Below, piece after piece: positions 50,879 through 61,453 of a stretch of DNA of 64,000 bases (within the stretch, counting starts at the first letter, position 1; every line of letters begins with the position of its first letter). Origin of the DNA: Paraglaciecola sp. (GTDB lineage Bacteria; Pseudomonadota; Gammaproteobacteria; Enterobacterales; Alteromonadaceae). Location of the stretch: contig JAWUXU010000019.1 of NCBI GenBank assembly GCA_034111145.1, positions 3,123-67,122 on the forward strand, given 5' to 3'. The notes under the pieces were generated by a model that made no database searches, was not told the origin of the DNA, and saw only the letters and a list, made by a program, of their open reading frames with translations. The position numbers and the translations under genes were made by a program.

Positions 50879-53020
50879 TTAAAACTCGTAATCAACATTA
50901 AAACCAATCATCCGAGGCTCGCCAAATTGATAATAAGGTTCTGGACTATAACCATTACCAGGGTTATTACCACCTTCATTCGAGAAGAAAAAACCTCGTG
51001 TTTGTACATCTTGATCAGTCAAGTTCCGCCCCCAGATAGCGAAGCTCCAATCATCCATCTGATAAGTTAATCTGGCATTAAAGAGTTCGTAAGCATTCGA
51101 ACGATCATTATGACTATTTGAAAAGAAATATTCATCTTTACCTTCTACCTCAATATTCAAGGTTAAATCTTCAGTTAGAAAGAAATCAGCGCCCAAGGTG
51201 AATTGATATTCTGGAGCTTGAGAAATATTTCTACTGTCTAAATTAATAGTTTCACCCAAAGTACGGGCGTCAACATGAACAAAACTCTCAAAGTTTTCAA
51301 ACTCAGCATTTAACAATCCTAAACTTGCATACAGGTTCACATTTTCGCTTGCAATGTATACAAATTCAGCTTCAATACCATTTGCCATAGCTCCAGCATT
51401 ACTCAGAAAACTGTCAAATGATGAGTCTTCTGGGTTAAAGACGGATTGACTTACTTGTGCGTTATTTCTGTTTTGATAGAAAATCGAGACCTGAGCTTGC
51501 AACTTATTATCAAGCCACTTACCTTTTATGCCTAACTCGTAATTAATCAAAGTCTCAGTGTCAAAAAAGAAGGTACTGCTAGGGATAGAATCGTTAATTT
51601 GTGCAGCAGAGATAATTTGACCATTAACACCGCCAGCTTTATATCCACGAGAGATTAAGCCATATAGTAACGTATCATCTTGCAAACGATATTCTAGTAC
51701 CACACGTCCACCCCAAAGTGTCTCATTTACCGGGCGAACAATATCAGCACTATCAGAGTAATCGGCTTCGCGATACTCAACTCTAAGTCCAGTAATGAGC
51801 TGCAATTTGTCGCTTAAACGTGTATCAAGTTGACCGTAAAGTGCAGAATTTTTTGTATCGAATTCATTTGAAAAATTGCCATCAAAAACCAAGTTGTCAA
51901 ATCGCGTTCGAAGCATATTTTCGTTTTCAGTACGCTGGTAAAAACCTGCTACCCATGAAGTATTTCCACCGAATATATTATGCCCTTCACTTGAAAGAAG
52001 GCGCATTTCAAAGGTGACGTTATTTCGTTCTCTGTCATAACGATCTGCAGAGCTGTAAGGAAACAACTCGTCAGGAAATTCTCCAATAAAACTCCAGTCT
52101 TCATCAAAACTATAAATACTATCGTTATAAGCAGCACTTAAAGTGATTTCAGCGTCAAAGCTTTCAGCGCCAGTCCAATGGCCTGTTATCGCACCAGCTC
52201 GGGTGCGCTGGGTATCACGTCCGGGTTGATCGGCAGTGGTCACTCTAGTGTTGTTAAGTGAAAACGCGTCGTAACCATTGTCGGCATTTAAATAAAAGCC
52301 ATTAACATTAATAATAAGGTCTTTGTTGACCAAAAATTTTAACTTTCCTTTTAAAGTGCTTTCATCGATATTATTAGTATCATCGCGACCAAGAAAGCTG
52401 TTTTCAATAAAGCCATCACTTTTCTGATTTTGTATTGCCAAACGGTAACCAATTTTTTCGCTAATAGGTCCACTTATTACACCATTAAATACTTGCCCAC
52501 CAAACTCTGAAACTTCAGCACCTAAACGAGCATACAAATGGTCCGTTGGATCATTTGTTTTTAAATTGATTAGACCCGCAAGCGAATTAGCGCCATACAA
52601 AGTGCCTTGAGGACCCCGAAAAACTTCTACTTGTTTAACATCTAATGTATTTGCAGCTAAGCCTAAACCAGTAAAATCGATGCCATCAACAATTAATCCG
52701 ACAGATGCGTTAACTGGATCAATAAACTGGCTTCGCTCACCAATACCTCTAATTTGAAAAAATCGTCCACGGGATGCACCTGCACTAAAGTTCACGTTTG
52801 GGGCTAAATTTAGAATTTGTTCAATGTGGTTAGCACCACGACGTTCGATAGTTTCTTGACTGAACACACTAATGCTGTTCGATAAGTCTAACAAATTGGC
52901 ATCACGGAAATCTGAAGTGACGACTATTCGTTCAATATTTGCAGTTTCTTCTGAGTAAGAATTAGCTGTGAGCAACGACAAACTTATCATGCTAGCTAAC
53001 AAAGTTTTATTAAATTTCAT
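50879..53020 (-). CDS. TonB-dependent receptor, probable thiamine uptake
   Basis: Signal peptide, IERIVVT TonB box, RGPQGTLYG plug, NLTD...PR..G....Y.F C-terminus; downstream of a TPP riboswitch. Confidence 0.92.
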   Translation of the reverse strand: MKFNKTLLASMISLSLLTANSYSEETANIERIVVTSDFRDANLLDLSNSISVFSQETIERRGANHIEQILNLAPNVNFSAGASRGRFFQIRGIGERSQFIDPVNASVGLIVDGIDFTGLGLAANTLDVKQVEVFRGPQGTLYGANSLAGLINLKTNDPTDHLYARLGAEVSEFGGQVFNGVISGPISEKIGYRLAIQNQKSDGFIENSFLGRDDTNNIDESTLKGKLKFLVNKDLIINVNGFYLNADNGYDAFSLNNTRVTTADQPGRDTQRTRAGAITGHWTGAESFDAEITLSAAYNDSIYSFDEDWSFIGEFPDELFPYSSADRYDRERNNVTFEMRLLSSEGHNIFGGNTSWVAGFYQRTENENMLRTRFDNLVFDGNFSNEFDTKNSALYGQLDTRLSDKLQLITGLRVEYREADYSDSADIVRPVNETLWGGRVVLEYRLQDDTLLYGLISRGYKAGGVNGQIISAAQINDSIPSSTFFFDTETLINYELGIKGKWLDNKLQAQVSIFYQNRNNAQVSQSVFNPEDSSFDSFLSNAGAMANGIEAEFVYIASENVNLYASLGLLNAEFENFESFVHVDARTLGETINLDSRNISQAPEYQFTLGADFFLTEDLTLNIEVEGKDEYFFSNSHNDRSNAYELFNARLTYQMDDWSFAIWGRNLTDQDVQTRGFFFSNEGGNNPGNGYSPEPYYQFGEPRMIGFNVDYEF

Positions 53021-53086
53021 TAAAGGATCTCTTCAGTACGGTTTGAAAAGATCCGGCAGTACGGCAGGTAAATGGGATGTGTGTCT

Positions 53087-53172
53087 GACCATTCCTACGC
53101 CGGCATTATCCGGATCAGGTATAAGGGTTATAAGTCGAAACTCAAATCTCAGCCAAACGGCTCCCCTTGGTT
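53087..53172 (-). ncRNA. TPP riboswitch
   Basis: Minus strand GGGGAGC...GCTGAGA...ACCC....CCTGATCCGGATAATGCCGGCGTAGGAA with P1 ACCA/TGGT. Confidence 0.95.
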
Positions 53173-53276
53173 GCTTAATTCAGGTCATTAGTTATCCAAT
53201 AAAAAGCGCATGGATTGTAACAGGCAAATAAACCTTCGCAATAGATGAATAAGAATTTGTAAGTGCAAAATAGTAT

Positions 53277-54128
53277 TTATTTCACAACTTTCAGTTTCAC
53301 TAACTTATGGTAGGAAAAGAAAGAGCTTTCTTGAGTAAACCATACCTCATCATCTGGAGTCACACAGACCCCCTCAACTTGGCCATAACCTTGAAGTTCA
53401 AAAAACTTATACAAGGTCAAATCCTTATTAAGAATCACAATAAAGGGAGAAAAGTCTCCCATCCTACTTACCTTATAACCTACCAAAATAAATCGATTTC
53501 TTTTACTGTCAAAATCACCACCAGTAATGATCCCTGGTAGTCCCTTTATTTCAGTTACATGTTCAACGAATTGCTCAGGTTGGTTTTTATTGAGTTGATA
53601 AATCAATAAGGTGCCAGTATTCCAACTCTTAGAAAATAAAAATAGGCTATCATGCCAATTAATCAACGTTTCTGCGTCAAAGTCATGATTTAGATATTTG
53701 TTATTTTTAACCGAGTTATTGATATAAGATAACTTGTATGTAGTGACAATATCTTCACTTTTATTATCTTGTTTAGGCACTGCATGGATTTGGACAAACT
53801 TTCGTTTACCATTGTTGTTACCCACGTCACCTATGTAAAAATATTGACTATCGCCGGTTAATGCCTCCCAATCAATATTTTTAGTAGAAACGACTTTTTT
53901 GCCTATGATACGACCCGTGTTATCAATATTATAAATAATAGGTTTATTCCCAGAATCATTAACCGTGAAGGCTGAACCAGATCCCGGGCAATATAAACCG
54001 GATGTTTCTTTTAATTCATCAGATAATTTGTACTCGCCCAAAACTATATAATGAGGTGTATCCGTGACTATTGAAGTAGATGCGGCTAAAAAAATCACAC
54101 CAACAATTAAAATGACTCTAAGTACCAA
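53277..54128 (-). CDS. Exported hypothetical protein (SdiA-regulated / beta-propeller-like)
   Basis: N-terminal hydrophobic signal; ETSGL, NDSGN, DWEA, YIGDVGNN, FDAE, QVEGV motifs. Confidence 0.7.
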   Translation of the reverse strand: MVLRVILIVGVIFLAASTSIVTDTPHYIVLGEYKLSDELKETSGLYCPGSGSAFTVNDSGNKPIIYNIDNTGRIIGKKVVSTKNIDWEALTGDSQYFYIGDVGNNNGKRKFVQIHAVPKQDNKSEDIVTTYKLSYINNSVKNNKYLNHDFDAETLINWHDSLFLFSKSWNTGTLLIYQLNKNQPEQFVEHVTEIKGLPGIITGGDFDSKRNRFILVGYKVSRMGDFSPFIVILNKDLTLYKFFELQGYGQVEGVCVTPDDEVWFTQESSFFSYHKLVKLKVVK

Positions 54129-54268
54129 TTTTTTTTCCTCTTAATTAACAAATATTTAATTCACACAACGCCACAAAGATAATTACTTCATATTAGATAA
54201 AAAACGTCATACTTAATACTATCTAGGTAAAGGACCTTGATTACCCAAAACCACAGTCGTATTTTTGA

Positions 54269-56437
54269 ATGAGTTTGCTTACACTAGCAAGCAATATTAA
54301 AATGTTTAAATTAGAAGTTTTTGTGAATTTACCCGAACAACTATTCCATTGGTTTGAACATCGTCAAACAACGTTATGTCATAGACAATTATTGGTCATA
54401 ACAGGCCAAGAAGAATGGACAAAAAACGCTGCGGTTACATTATTAGCGAAAAGGAACGTAAAAAGTGTTTTATGGGTCGGTGAGTCTCAGATTGCACATG
54501 AAACTATTAATGTAAAAAATTATCGCTCTAAATTAGGTCACGAGTATGACTGGGTAGTATTAAATTGCTTTAGTGGATTCAGAGCCAATGCCGCTATGGC
54601 ATTGAGTGGTACAATAAAAGCCCAAGGCTTAATGATTCTGCTTTGCCCTGAACTTGACCGTTGGCCTGAATATGACGACCCTGAAAAAATTAATCGTATT
54701 TCCTTTGGTTTTATTGATCAGGATGTTCACAGCCAATTCTTTCGTTATTTAAGTTCATCCTTTACTGAAGATCACTCAGTGGCAGTATGTACAAAAGACC
54801 TGTTTTCAGGTTCGGTGGCGAGTCCAGATGATATGTCAGCCATACTCAACTTTGATCAACAGAATAAAGCGATTGAAGGTATTACTAAGGTGGCTCTGGG
54901 TCGCAGAAATAGACCTTTAGTGATGACTGCTGACAGAGGCAGGGGAAAATCATCAGCTTTAGGGCTGGCAGCGGCCAAATTAATGATCCAAGGCACAAAA
55001 AATATTTGCGTAACGGCATCACATATTGGTAACACCAAACAGATATTTAGTCACGCCCAGCGAATGTTACCAAAGGCCAGTGCCACTAAGAACGATATCA
55101 CTTATAAAGATAACATTCTTAGTTTTAAACCGGTGGATCAATTGCTCAGAAGTCAAGAAAGCATAAATCTTGTGTTAGTGGATGAAGCTGCCTCTCTGCC
55201 TATCCATGTATTAATTAAATTAGCCAGTAAATTCCCTCGCATTGTATTCAGCTCTACAGTACATGGCTATGAAGGCAGTGGCCGTGGCTTTGAAATGCGC
55301 TTTATAAAACAACTTTCACAGCTAAAACCCAGTTTCAAAAGAATGCATTTGTCACAACCAATACGCTGGCATAAAAACGACACATTAGAACAATTCTGGT
55401 TCAATACTTTATTTCAAAGTGAGCAACACAGTAGTAAAAACATTGAATCCATTAACCAACCAATATCCTGTCGGCACGTCTCAAAAGTAGAATTGAACAA
55501 CGACAAACAATTACTAGGGACTCTATTTGGTTTATTAATCGACGCCCACTACCAAACCAGCCAAGATGATTTACAACGTTTATTAGACGCCCCTGAAATA
55601 CAATGTTTTATATTGACTAGAGGGTCCACTTTACTTGGTGTGGCTCAAATAGTTGAAGAAGGTGGCGATTCCTTTTCTGAAATCGCAGGTAATATTACTG
55701 ATTGTAATAGGCGAGTAAAGGGACATTTGGTTGCACAAAATATTGCGTCATCTTATAACACTGTCCCCTTCCTGTTATCTCGGCAGTGGCGTATCAGTAG
55801 AATTGCTATTGAACCCGAACATCAGCGTAAAGGACTTGGAAGACAACTAGTTGAATACTTAGAGCAACAGGCTAGACAGCAACATATTAAGTTCTTAACC
55901 GCGTCTTTTGGTTGCAATACTGACATCCTTAAGTTTTGGTACAGAAGTGGATTTTTGCTGGCTAAACTCAGTGTAAAACCTGAAGTATCAAGTGGTGAGC
56001 ACAGTGGTATTGGTATTAAATCTTTGACAAGTGAGGCACTAGAGATATCTGAAAATATTTTTAAAGAGTTTTACCAGGAATGGCTTTATCAGATGGACAA
56101 AAATTTTCAATGGATGTCTGAAGATATAATTATTCAAATTCTACGGTTTGAGTCAGCCGCAGATTTGGGTGCATCTACAAATGTGGAAATACTGAGGCAA
56201 TTTGCCTTAGGGAAACGCACATATTCCACCTGTAAGCGTCTATTAAAAGAGTATCTGATAGTTAATCCTGCTTGTTTCCTAACATTAGCAATACAAGAAC
56301 AAAATCTGTTGGTAGCGGCACTTTTGCAAAATTTACCCCATAAGGACCTTTGTGCAAAATTTAGATTGAGTGGCAAAAAACAAATAGAACTAGCCTTAAA
56401 GGTAAGCTTTGAAAAAATTCTACTTGGTCAGAAATGA
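54269..56437 (+). CDS. tmcA: tRNA(Met) cytidine acetyltransferase (start may be the GTG near 54323)
   Basis: TADRGRGKSSALG, VDEAA, STVHGYEGSGRGF, AHYQTS..DL, RISRIAI.P..QRKGLG. Confidence 0.93.
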   Translation: MSLLTLASNIKMFKLEVFVNLPEQLFHWFEHRQTTLCHRQLLVITGQEEWTKNAAVTLLAKRNVKSVLWVGESQIAHETINVKNYRSKLGHEYDWVVLNCFSGFRANAAMALSGTIKAQGLMILLCPELDRWPEYDDPEKINRISFGFIDQDVHSQFFRYLSSSFTEDHSVAVCTKDLFSGSVASPDDMSAILNFDQQNKAIEGITKVALGRRNRPLVMTADRGRGKSSALGLAAAKLMIQGTKNICVTASHIGNTKQIFSHAQRMLPKASATKNDITYKDNILSFKPVDQLLRSQESINLVLVDEAASLPIHVLIKLASKFPRIVFSSTVHGYEGSGRGFEMRFIKQLSQLKPSFKRMHLSQPIRWHKNDTLEQFWFNTLFQSEQHSSKNIESINQPISCRHVSKVELNNDKQLLGTLFGLLIDAHYQTSQDDLQRLLDAPEIQCFILTRGSTLLGVAQIVEEGGDSFSEIAGNITDCNRRVKGHLVAQNIASSYNTVPFLLSRQWRISRIAIEPEHQRKGLGRQLVEYLEQQARQQHIKFLTASFGCNTDILKFWYRSGFLLAKLSVKPEVSSGEHSGIGIKSLTSEALEISENIFKEFYQEWLYQMDKNFQWMSEDIIIQILRFESAADLGASTNVEILRQFALGKRTYSTCKRLLKEYLIVNPACFLTLAIQEQNLLVAALLQNLPHKDLCAKFRLSGKKQIELALKVSFEKILLGQK

Positions 56438-56441
56438 TACT

Positions 56442-58526
56442 TTAGTTTAAGACCTTTAAAATAGGCAGCAAACTTGAATAATCATCTGTCCATAGGACAT
56501 CTTGATATTGACCATTGGTTATCTCGGTTTGCCTGTAGATTAAATTGGGTGATTGGATCAATTGACTATTATTTGTCAGTACCACCCACTGGGCATCATG
56601 TTCATTAACGTTACCAGGAGTCTCAAACACCATAACCTGCATATTTAAACTTCTGCTATGGTGCATAATGACTGGCAATAGTGACAAATGCCTATTGGAG
56701 ATGTGCAACGCCATAACACCTTGGCTTTTGATATGCTGCTGATACAATAAAAACGCTTCATGAGTCATCAAATGAGTGGGAATTAAATCTCCTGAAAAAG
56801 CATCAATGACAAGTAAATCAAACGCATTTTTTTTGCCTAAATCTAATTCATTTTGCAATGTAACCCGAGCATCACCTAACTTAACATGCACTTCAGCCTT
56901 AGCACTGTTTAAGTAACTGAAATATTGATTAGCAAAGTCTGCTACTAATGGATTAAGTTCATAAAAAGTATAATGGTCTCCAAATTTACCATATGCAGCT
57001 AACGCCCCCACCCCTAAACCTATTATGCCAACTTGTAATGCAGTGTTGTGACTAGACATCTCTTCAATGACCAGCTGCACGCCAGTGCCGGGTCGATAAT
57101 AACTCAGAGGCACAGCTAATGCAGACAATGGTAAAGATTGACTACCATGTGAGGTAGTACCATCAATTAACCTTCTCTCGTTAACTTTGCCCTCAGTTAT
57201 ATCTTTGACTGTCAGTATGCCGTAAAAATTTCGTGCCTTGGCAATGTCGTATTGTTGGTATCGGTTGTTGAGCCCTGTGAAAGCCAATAACCAAACCAGT
57301 GAGACAATTGCACTTGCGGAGGCCAATATTGAAAGCTGTTTATTAGCAGCAGCATTATACTTGCTAGATTTGGGTGTAGGGTGATGAGGTTGTTTATTCC
57401 ACCACAATGAAACACTGGCGAGTAATAGCACACCGAGAATTGCCAATGGAAACTCCAAGAATTCATCAAACAGAGTCTTAGCAACAAAAGATACTAAAAA
57501 ACTACCACCGACCCCACCGGCAGATAAAACCAAATAAAATAAGGTTGTGTTGCCCTGCTGTGGTTTGAGTGAATTCAATTCGCCATGACAAATCATACAG
57601 CCGCACAATAAAATCAACAGATAGATCAATAACTGCGTAATGATGTCAAATTGGCCACCTATAAAATAAATTAATAAGGCAACAAATGACAGCAGCATAA
57701 AGAAAGGAAGCCAAAAATTTCTTACGTATGTAGCAAAATTACTGAATGCCATCACATAGGTAAGTAAATATATTGATAAAGGAGCGAGCCAGAGAAAGGG
57801 AACCGGTGGTATATTTTGTGTTAATGCATTGGTAGTTGATACCAACAAAATAACGCCTAATGCGGATAGCATAAACCATAAAACAAGCCTGAATGAACCC
57901 ATTTTTTGCTTAACAACTTGTTCGGGAATACAAACTCTGACTATGTTATTTTGTTTAACAGTTATAAAAAATATCCAACCAACTAGAAGCACAAATACAC
58001 AGTAAATACTGGACCATAATTTAATTTGCCAGTCGAGTGGCATAAAAGGTTCGATGACTACAGGGTAACTAACTAATGCCAGAAATGAACCGATATTTGA
58101 GATGGCGTACAATCTATAGGGATTTCGACCATTAGTCTCACTGGTAAACCAGTTTTGTAAAAGTGGCGTATTTGCTGATAATATTAAATAAGGAAATCCT
58201 AGGCCTAAAAACAATACCCACAATACAGCCCATGTAGGTGAGCCAGTTATCAAGACATTTTGTATGTCAGCAATATTAGTAGGCAACAAAAACAAGCTAA
58301 ATAACAGGCATGCCAAATGAAAAACAATCTGATACTTCACTCTCAATATTTTCGTTAATAGATAAGCATATAAATATCCTACCAATAAAAAAGATTGAAA
58401 AAACAACATACAAGTGGTCCATACACTGGCACCACCACCAAACCAAGGTAGTATGATTTTTGAAATGATAGGTTGTATTTGAAAAACTAAGAAGGCACTG
58501 ATAAAGACTGAGATGAAATATTGCAT
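56442..58526 (-). CDS. Fused membrane / spermidine-synthase-like methyltransferase protein
   Basis: LPWFGGGASVW, PYRLYA.SN.GS, GTTSHGSQ, IGLGVG, GDAR, DAFSGD.IP.HL.T, WTDDYS. Confidence 0.85.
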   Translation of the reverse strand: MQYFISVFISAFLVFQIQPIISKIILPWFGGGASVWTTCMLFFQSFLLVGYLYAYLLTKILRVKYQIVFHLACLLFSLFLLPTNIADIQNVLITGSPTWAVLWVLFLGLGFPYLILSANTPLLQNWFTSETNGRNPYRLYAISNIGSFLALVSYPVVIEPFMPLDWQIKLWSSIYCVFVLLVGWIFFITVKQNNIVRVCIPEQVVKQKMGSFRLVLWFMLSALGVILLVSTTNALTQNIPPVPFLWLAPLSIYLLTYVMAFSNFATYVRNFWLPFFMLLSFVALLIYFIGGQFDIITQLLIYLLILLCGCMICHGELNSLKPQQGNTTLFYLVLSAGGVGGSFLVSFVAKTLFDEFLEFPLAILGVLLLASVSLWWNKQPHHPTPKSSKYNAAANKQLSILASASAIVSLVWLLAFTGLNNRYQQYDIAKARNFYGILTVKDITEGKVNERRLIDGTTSHGSQSLPLSALAVPLSYYRPGTGVQLVIEEMSSHNTALQVGIIGLGVGALAAYGKFGDHYTFYELNPLVADFANQYFSYLNSAKAEVHVKLGDARVTLQNELDLGKKNAFDLLVIDAFSGDLIPTHLMTHEAFLLYQQHIKSQGVMALHISNRHLSLLPVIMHHSRSLNMQVMVFETPGNVNEHDAQWVVLTNNSQLIQSPNLIYRQTEITNGQYQDVLWTDDYSSLLPILKVLN

Positions 58527-58613
58527 TAATTATTCTAGCATTAACTTAAGATTAAATTTTTATTGGGTGTATTAAATACTATATTCAGGGAGGTAAGCCA
58601 ATGTTGAATGCAT

Positions 58614-58636
58614 AAAAAAGCTCCCGAAGGAGCTTT
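58614..58636 (-). terminator. Intrinsic terminator of the TonB operon
   Basis: Minus strand AAAGCTCC-TTCG-GGAGCTTTTTT. Confidence 0.9.
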
Positions 58637-58641
58637 GTACA

Positions 58642-59907
58642 CTAAAGTTTAATGTTTCGGTTTTTAGCCTTTTCCTTAATATAAGGTTCCCAGCTTCGCG
58701 CATTCCGTGCCGTAGTCTTATCCTTTTTTGCTTCCTTTGCATGTTTATAAGCGGTTTTAAAATCACCATTATCAAAGCTAGCTTGCATCATAGCTAAATG
58801 AATAGCTCCGACTTTATCAGAGCCTCCATCCAGAGCCTTTTGTAGAGCTGCTATAGCATCGTCATACTTCTCAACTGCATAATAAGACATTCCTTGCTTT
58901 TGATATAAATCAGGATCAGAAGCTAATAATGCAGATTGCCCATAAAAATTAGCAGATTCTAGAAACTCTCTCGATTGTTGGTAGGATGAACCAATACTCG
59001 TTAGCATTCGTTCTTCCCTTTTAACTAATCCGGAGTCAACATATTTCTCTAATATTTTAGCCGCTTTAATAGGAATATTATTCATTGAATACAATTGACT
59101 AAGGGCTTTTACCTCAGCAGATTTAGTCAAAAAACCCTGTCTATGAGCTATGTCGAATGTAGAGAGTGCCTTCTTGTGATCTTCTACAAGCATGTAAAAG
59201 AAGCCAAGTTGAGTCCACTGGGTTTTATCATCAGGGAATATCCGAACTGTTTCTTCCTGCACCTCAATTGTTTCTTTATACATCTTGCGATTATAGAAGG
59301 AAGTCATTTTAAGAGCATAGGCAGTTTTATTGGGCTTCTCAGATAAGGATATGGCCTTATTGATAGGTGCAATAATCTCAGCATATCTTTTAGTCTGATA
59401 ATAAGCGTTAGCCATTCTAAAATAGATATCAAAATCTTGCTTACAAGTTAGATCCAACCAATCTTGATAGTACTTAATTGCAGTATCATATTCTTCTTCC
59501 TGAAGGCTTAAATCTGCAATCAACTTGATTGTACCAGCCTGCTCAGAGTCATTTAACTTGTTAGGCGCAACAGATTTTTTCAAATACTCAATGGACAGCT
59601 TTCCTTTACCCTTTTGAGTAGCCAGCAAGCTTCCAATAAACCTATCGGAAAACGCCCTGTCAAATTTATTTGAAGTGTCTATCTCATAAAGAATGTCTAA
59701 CGCGTCATCAATAAGATCAAGGTTGTAAGCTTCTAGTGCTTTCCCAACTTTTTTACCTACTTTTTGGCCAGGAATGTTAGTGGTACCACGCTTATAATCA
59801 GGACATACAATAGCAGCAGATACCTGAGCATAAACACTCGTCGGTATAATAACGGCAACAGAGATCACCGAAACCATACATAAATGTTTTAGATGTTTCT
59901 TCATCAT
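58642..59907 (-). CDS. TPR-repeat periplasmic protein of the TonB operon (TtpD-like)
   Basis: Signal peptide; repeated A...Y TPR helices; follows tonB. Confidence 0.8.
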   Translation of the reverse strand: MMKKHLKHLCMVSVISVAVIIPTSVYAQVSAAIVCPDYKRGTTNIPGQKVGKKVGKALEAYNLDLIDDALDILYEIDTSNKFDRAFSDRFIGSLLATQKGKGKLSIEYLKKSVAPNKLNDSEQAGTIKLIADLSLQEEEYDTAIKYYQDWLDLTCKQDFDIYFRMANAYYQTKRYAEIIAPINKAISLSEKPNKTAYALKMTSFYNRKMYKETIEVQEETVRIFPDDKTQWTQLGFFYMLVEDHKKALSTFDIAHRQGFLTKSAEVKALSQLYSMNNIPIKAAKILEKYVDSGLVKREERMLTSIGSSYQQSREFLESANFYGQSALLASDPDLYQKQGMSYYAVEKYDDAIAALQKALDGGSDKVGAIHLAMMQASFDNGDFKTAYKHAKEAKKDKTTARNARSWEPYIKEKAKNRNIKL

Positions 59908-60515
59908 GATTGATCCAATTTAAAGTCTAATTGCACTGTTAAGCCAAATTGTTTCATCGGTTTGCCATCTTCGATTTTTGGCTTGTACTTCCATTTGCCC
60001 AAGGCACGCCTTGCTTCTCTATCAAACACACGTTTAGGGTCTGCATCAATTACCTTGACATCTTCGACACCACCGACTTCGTTTATTGTAAAAGATAGTC
60101 TAACCCAACCTTCTTTTCCATCTCGAGCGGCTTGCACCGGGTATTTTGGTTCTATCCTAACAATAGGTGTTGCGTCTCCGTCGCGCATAGCACCGACACT
60201 TCCAATATTAACTGAGGCGCCTCCAACATCAACGCTAGGCATACTAAAACCCAACCCGCTGGTATCAACTTTAGCCGTATCGGGCTCAATTGGCTCAACT
60301 TTAGGGGGCTGCTTAGGTGGTGGTGGTGGTGGTGGTGGCACTCTTTTTCTTAGTTGTGTTTCATCATCTGGCGTTGCCATAACAATATCAATAACAACTG
60401 TATCAGGTCCTTTTTCAGGTGGTCTTCCGGTGTTAGCAATTAATTCTGCCATTACAATAAAAAGTGCAAAAGCTATAACGCCGCCTATCAATATAGAAAC
60501 TATAAATCGACCCAT
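59904..60515 (-). CDS. tonB: Energy transducer TonB
   Basis: N-terminal TM segment, poly-Pro tract, PKYP..A...G.EGWV.L.F C-domain, WKYKP. Confidence 0.93.
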   Translation of the reverse strand: MGRFIVSILIGGVIAFALFIVMAELIANTGRPPEKGPDTVVIDIVMATPDDETQLRKRVPPPPPPPPKQPPKVEPIEPDTAKVDTSGLGFSMPSVDVGGASVNIGSVGAMRDGDATPIVRIEPKYPVQAARDGKEGWVRLSFTINEVGGVEDVKVIDADPKRVFDREARRALGKWKYKPKIEDGKPMKQFGLTVQLDFKLDQS

Positions 60516-60516
60516 G

Positions 60517-60915
60517 TTAGCTACCTGCCGTTGCAATTGAGATACGGTCAATACCAGCCGCTTTAATTTGATCCATCACTTCAATAACAATTCCGTGTTC
60601 GGCTTCTTTATCAGCTTGGATAATTATTATATCAGAAGGTTGCTCAGCCATTAAGCGCTCTAAATTGGCACGAACACTGTCCGTATCTATTTGACGTTTA
60701 TCCATCCAAACTTTTCCATCTTCGGTAACCGCAATGAAAATATTTGCATTTTTTGGCCTAACAGCTAGTAATCCATCAGGTTTATTAACTTCAACACCTG
60801 CTTCTTTTACGAAAACAGTAGTCACAATAAAAAAGATCAACATTATAAAAACTATGTCCAGCATAGGCGTCATATCAATTGCTGCATCTTCTTCTACTCG
60901 AACTTTACGACCCAT
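60517..60915 (-). CDS. exbD: Biopolymer transport protein ExbD
   Basis: IDMTPMLDIVFIMLIFFIVT; IIQADK. Confidence 0.95.
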   Translation of the reverse strand: MGRKVRVEEDAAIDMTPMLDIVFIMLIFFIVTTVFVKEAGVEVNKPDGLLAVRPKNANIFIAVTEDGKVWMDKRQIDTDSVRANLERLMAEQPSDIIIIQADKEAEHGIVIEVMDQIKAAGIDRISIATAGS

Positions 60916-60927
60916 AAGATCCTCTCT

Positions 60928-61452
60928 TTAATGATGGGGCAAGGCATCTACTAACTTTTCTCTAGCAATTTTTATTTTAGACTCAAGACGAGAACTAAAG
61001 AAAACACCAGATAAAGCAGCTACCATTCCTGCCATAGTAGGGATAGTTGCCATAGATATACCTGCAGCCATTAGACGAGGGTTGCTTGTACCCTGAGTTG
61101 CCATGGTCTCGAACACACCGATCATGCCGGTAACTGTTCCCAACAGACCAATTAGAGGACACATAGCTACAAGGGTTTTGATTAACAACATTCTTGTACC
61201 TAGGCCATCTGAAGCTTGTGAAATCCATGTGTCACGGATTCTATGTGCATACCATGAGGTAGTGTCTTCTCGTGAATCCCAGTTAGAGATAATTTCATCT
61301 CTCAACTTTGGATAAACTGAAGATAAATACCAAAAACGCTCTATCATAAATGTCCACATAAGAAAGAGCGCCAAGGCGACAACGTATAGTACGCTACCGC
61401 CAGCAGCAATAAAATCCCTGACAGACTCCCATTGTTCTATCAGGTATAACAT
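60928..61452 (-). CDS. exbB: MotA/TolQ/ExbB proton channel protein (short ExbB)
   Basis: PLIGLLGTVTGMI, GISMATIPT. Confidence 0.9.
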   Translation of the reverse strand: MLYLIEQWESVRDFIAAGGSVLYVVALALFLMWTFMIERFWYLSSVYPKLRDEIISNWDSREDTTSWYAHRIRDTWISQASDGLGTRMLLIKTLVAMCPLIGLLGTVTGMIGVFETMATQGTSNPRLMAAGISMATIPTMAGMVAALSGVFFSSRLESKIKIAREKLVDALPHH

Positions 61453-61453
61453 A

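Noticed and set aside
60316-60339. (GGT)n repeat
   Set aside because: It encodes the normal poly-proline tract of TonB on the minus strand.
59962-60540. 192-aa plus-strand ORF and the many other short antisense ORFs in the track
   Set aside because: These are shadow ORFs opposite well-supported genes, with no motifs or RBS.
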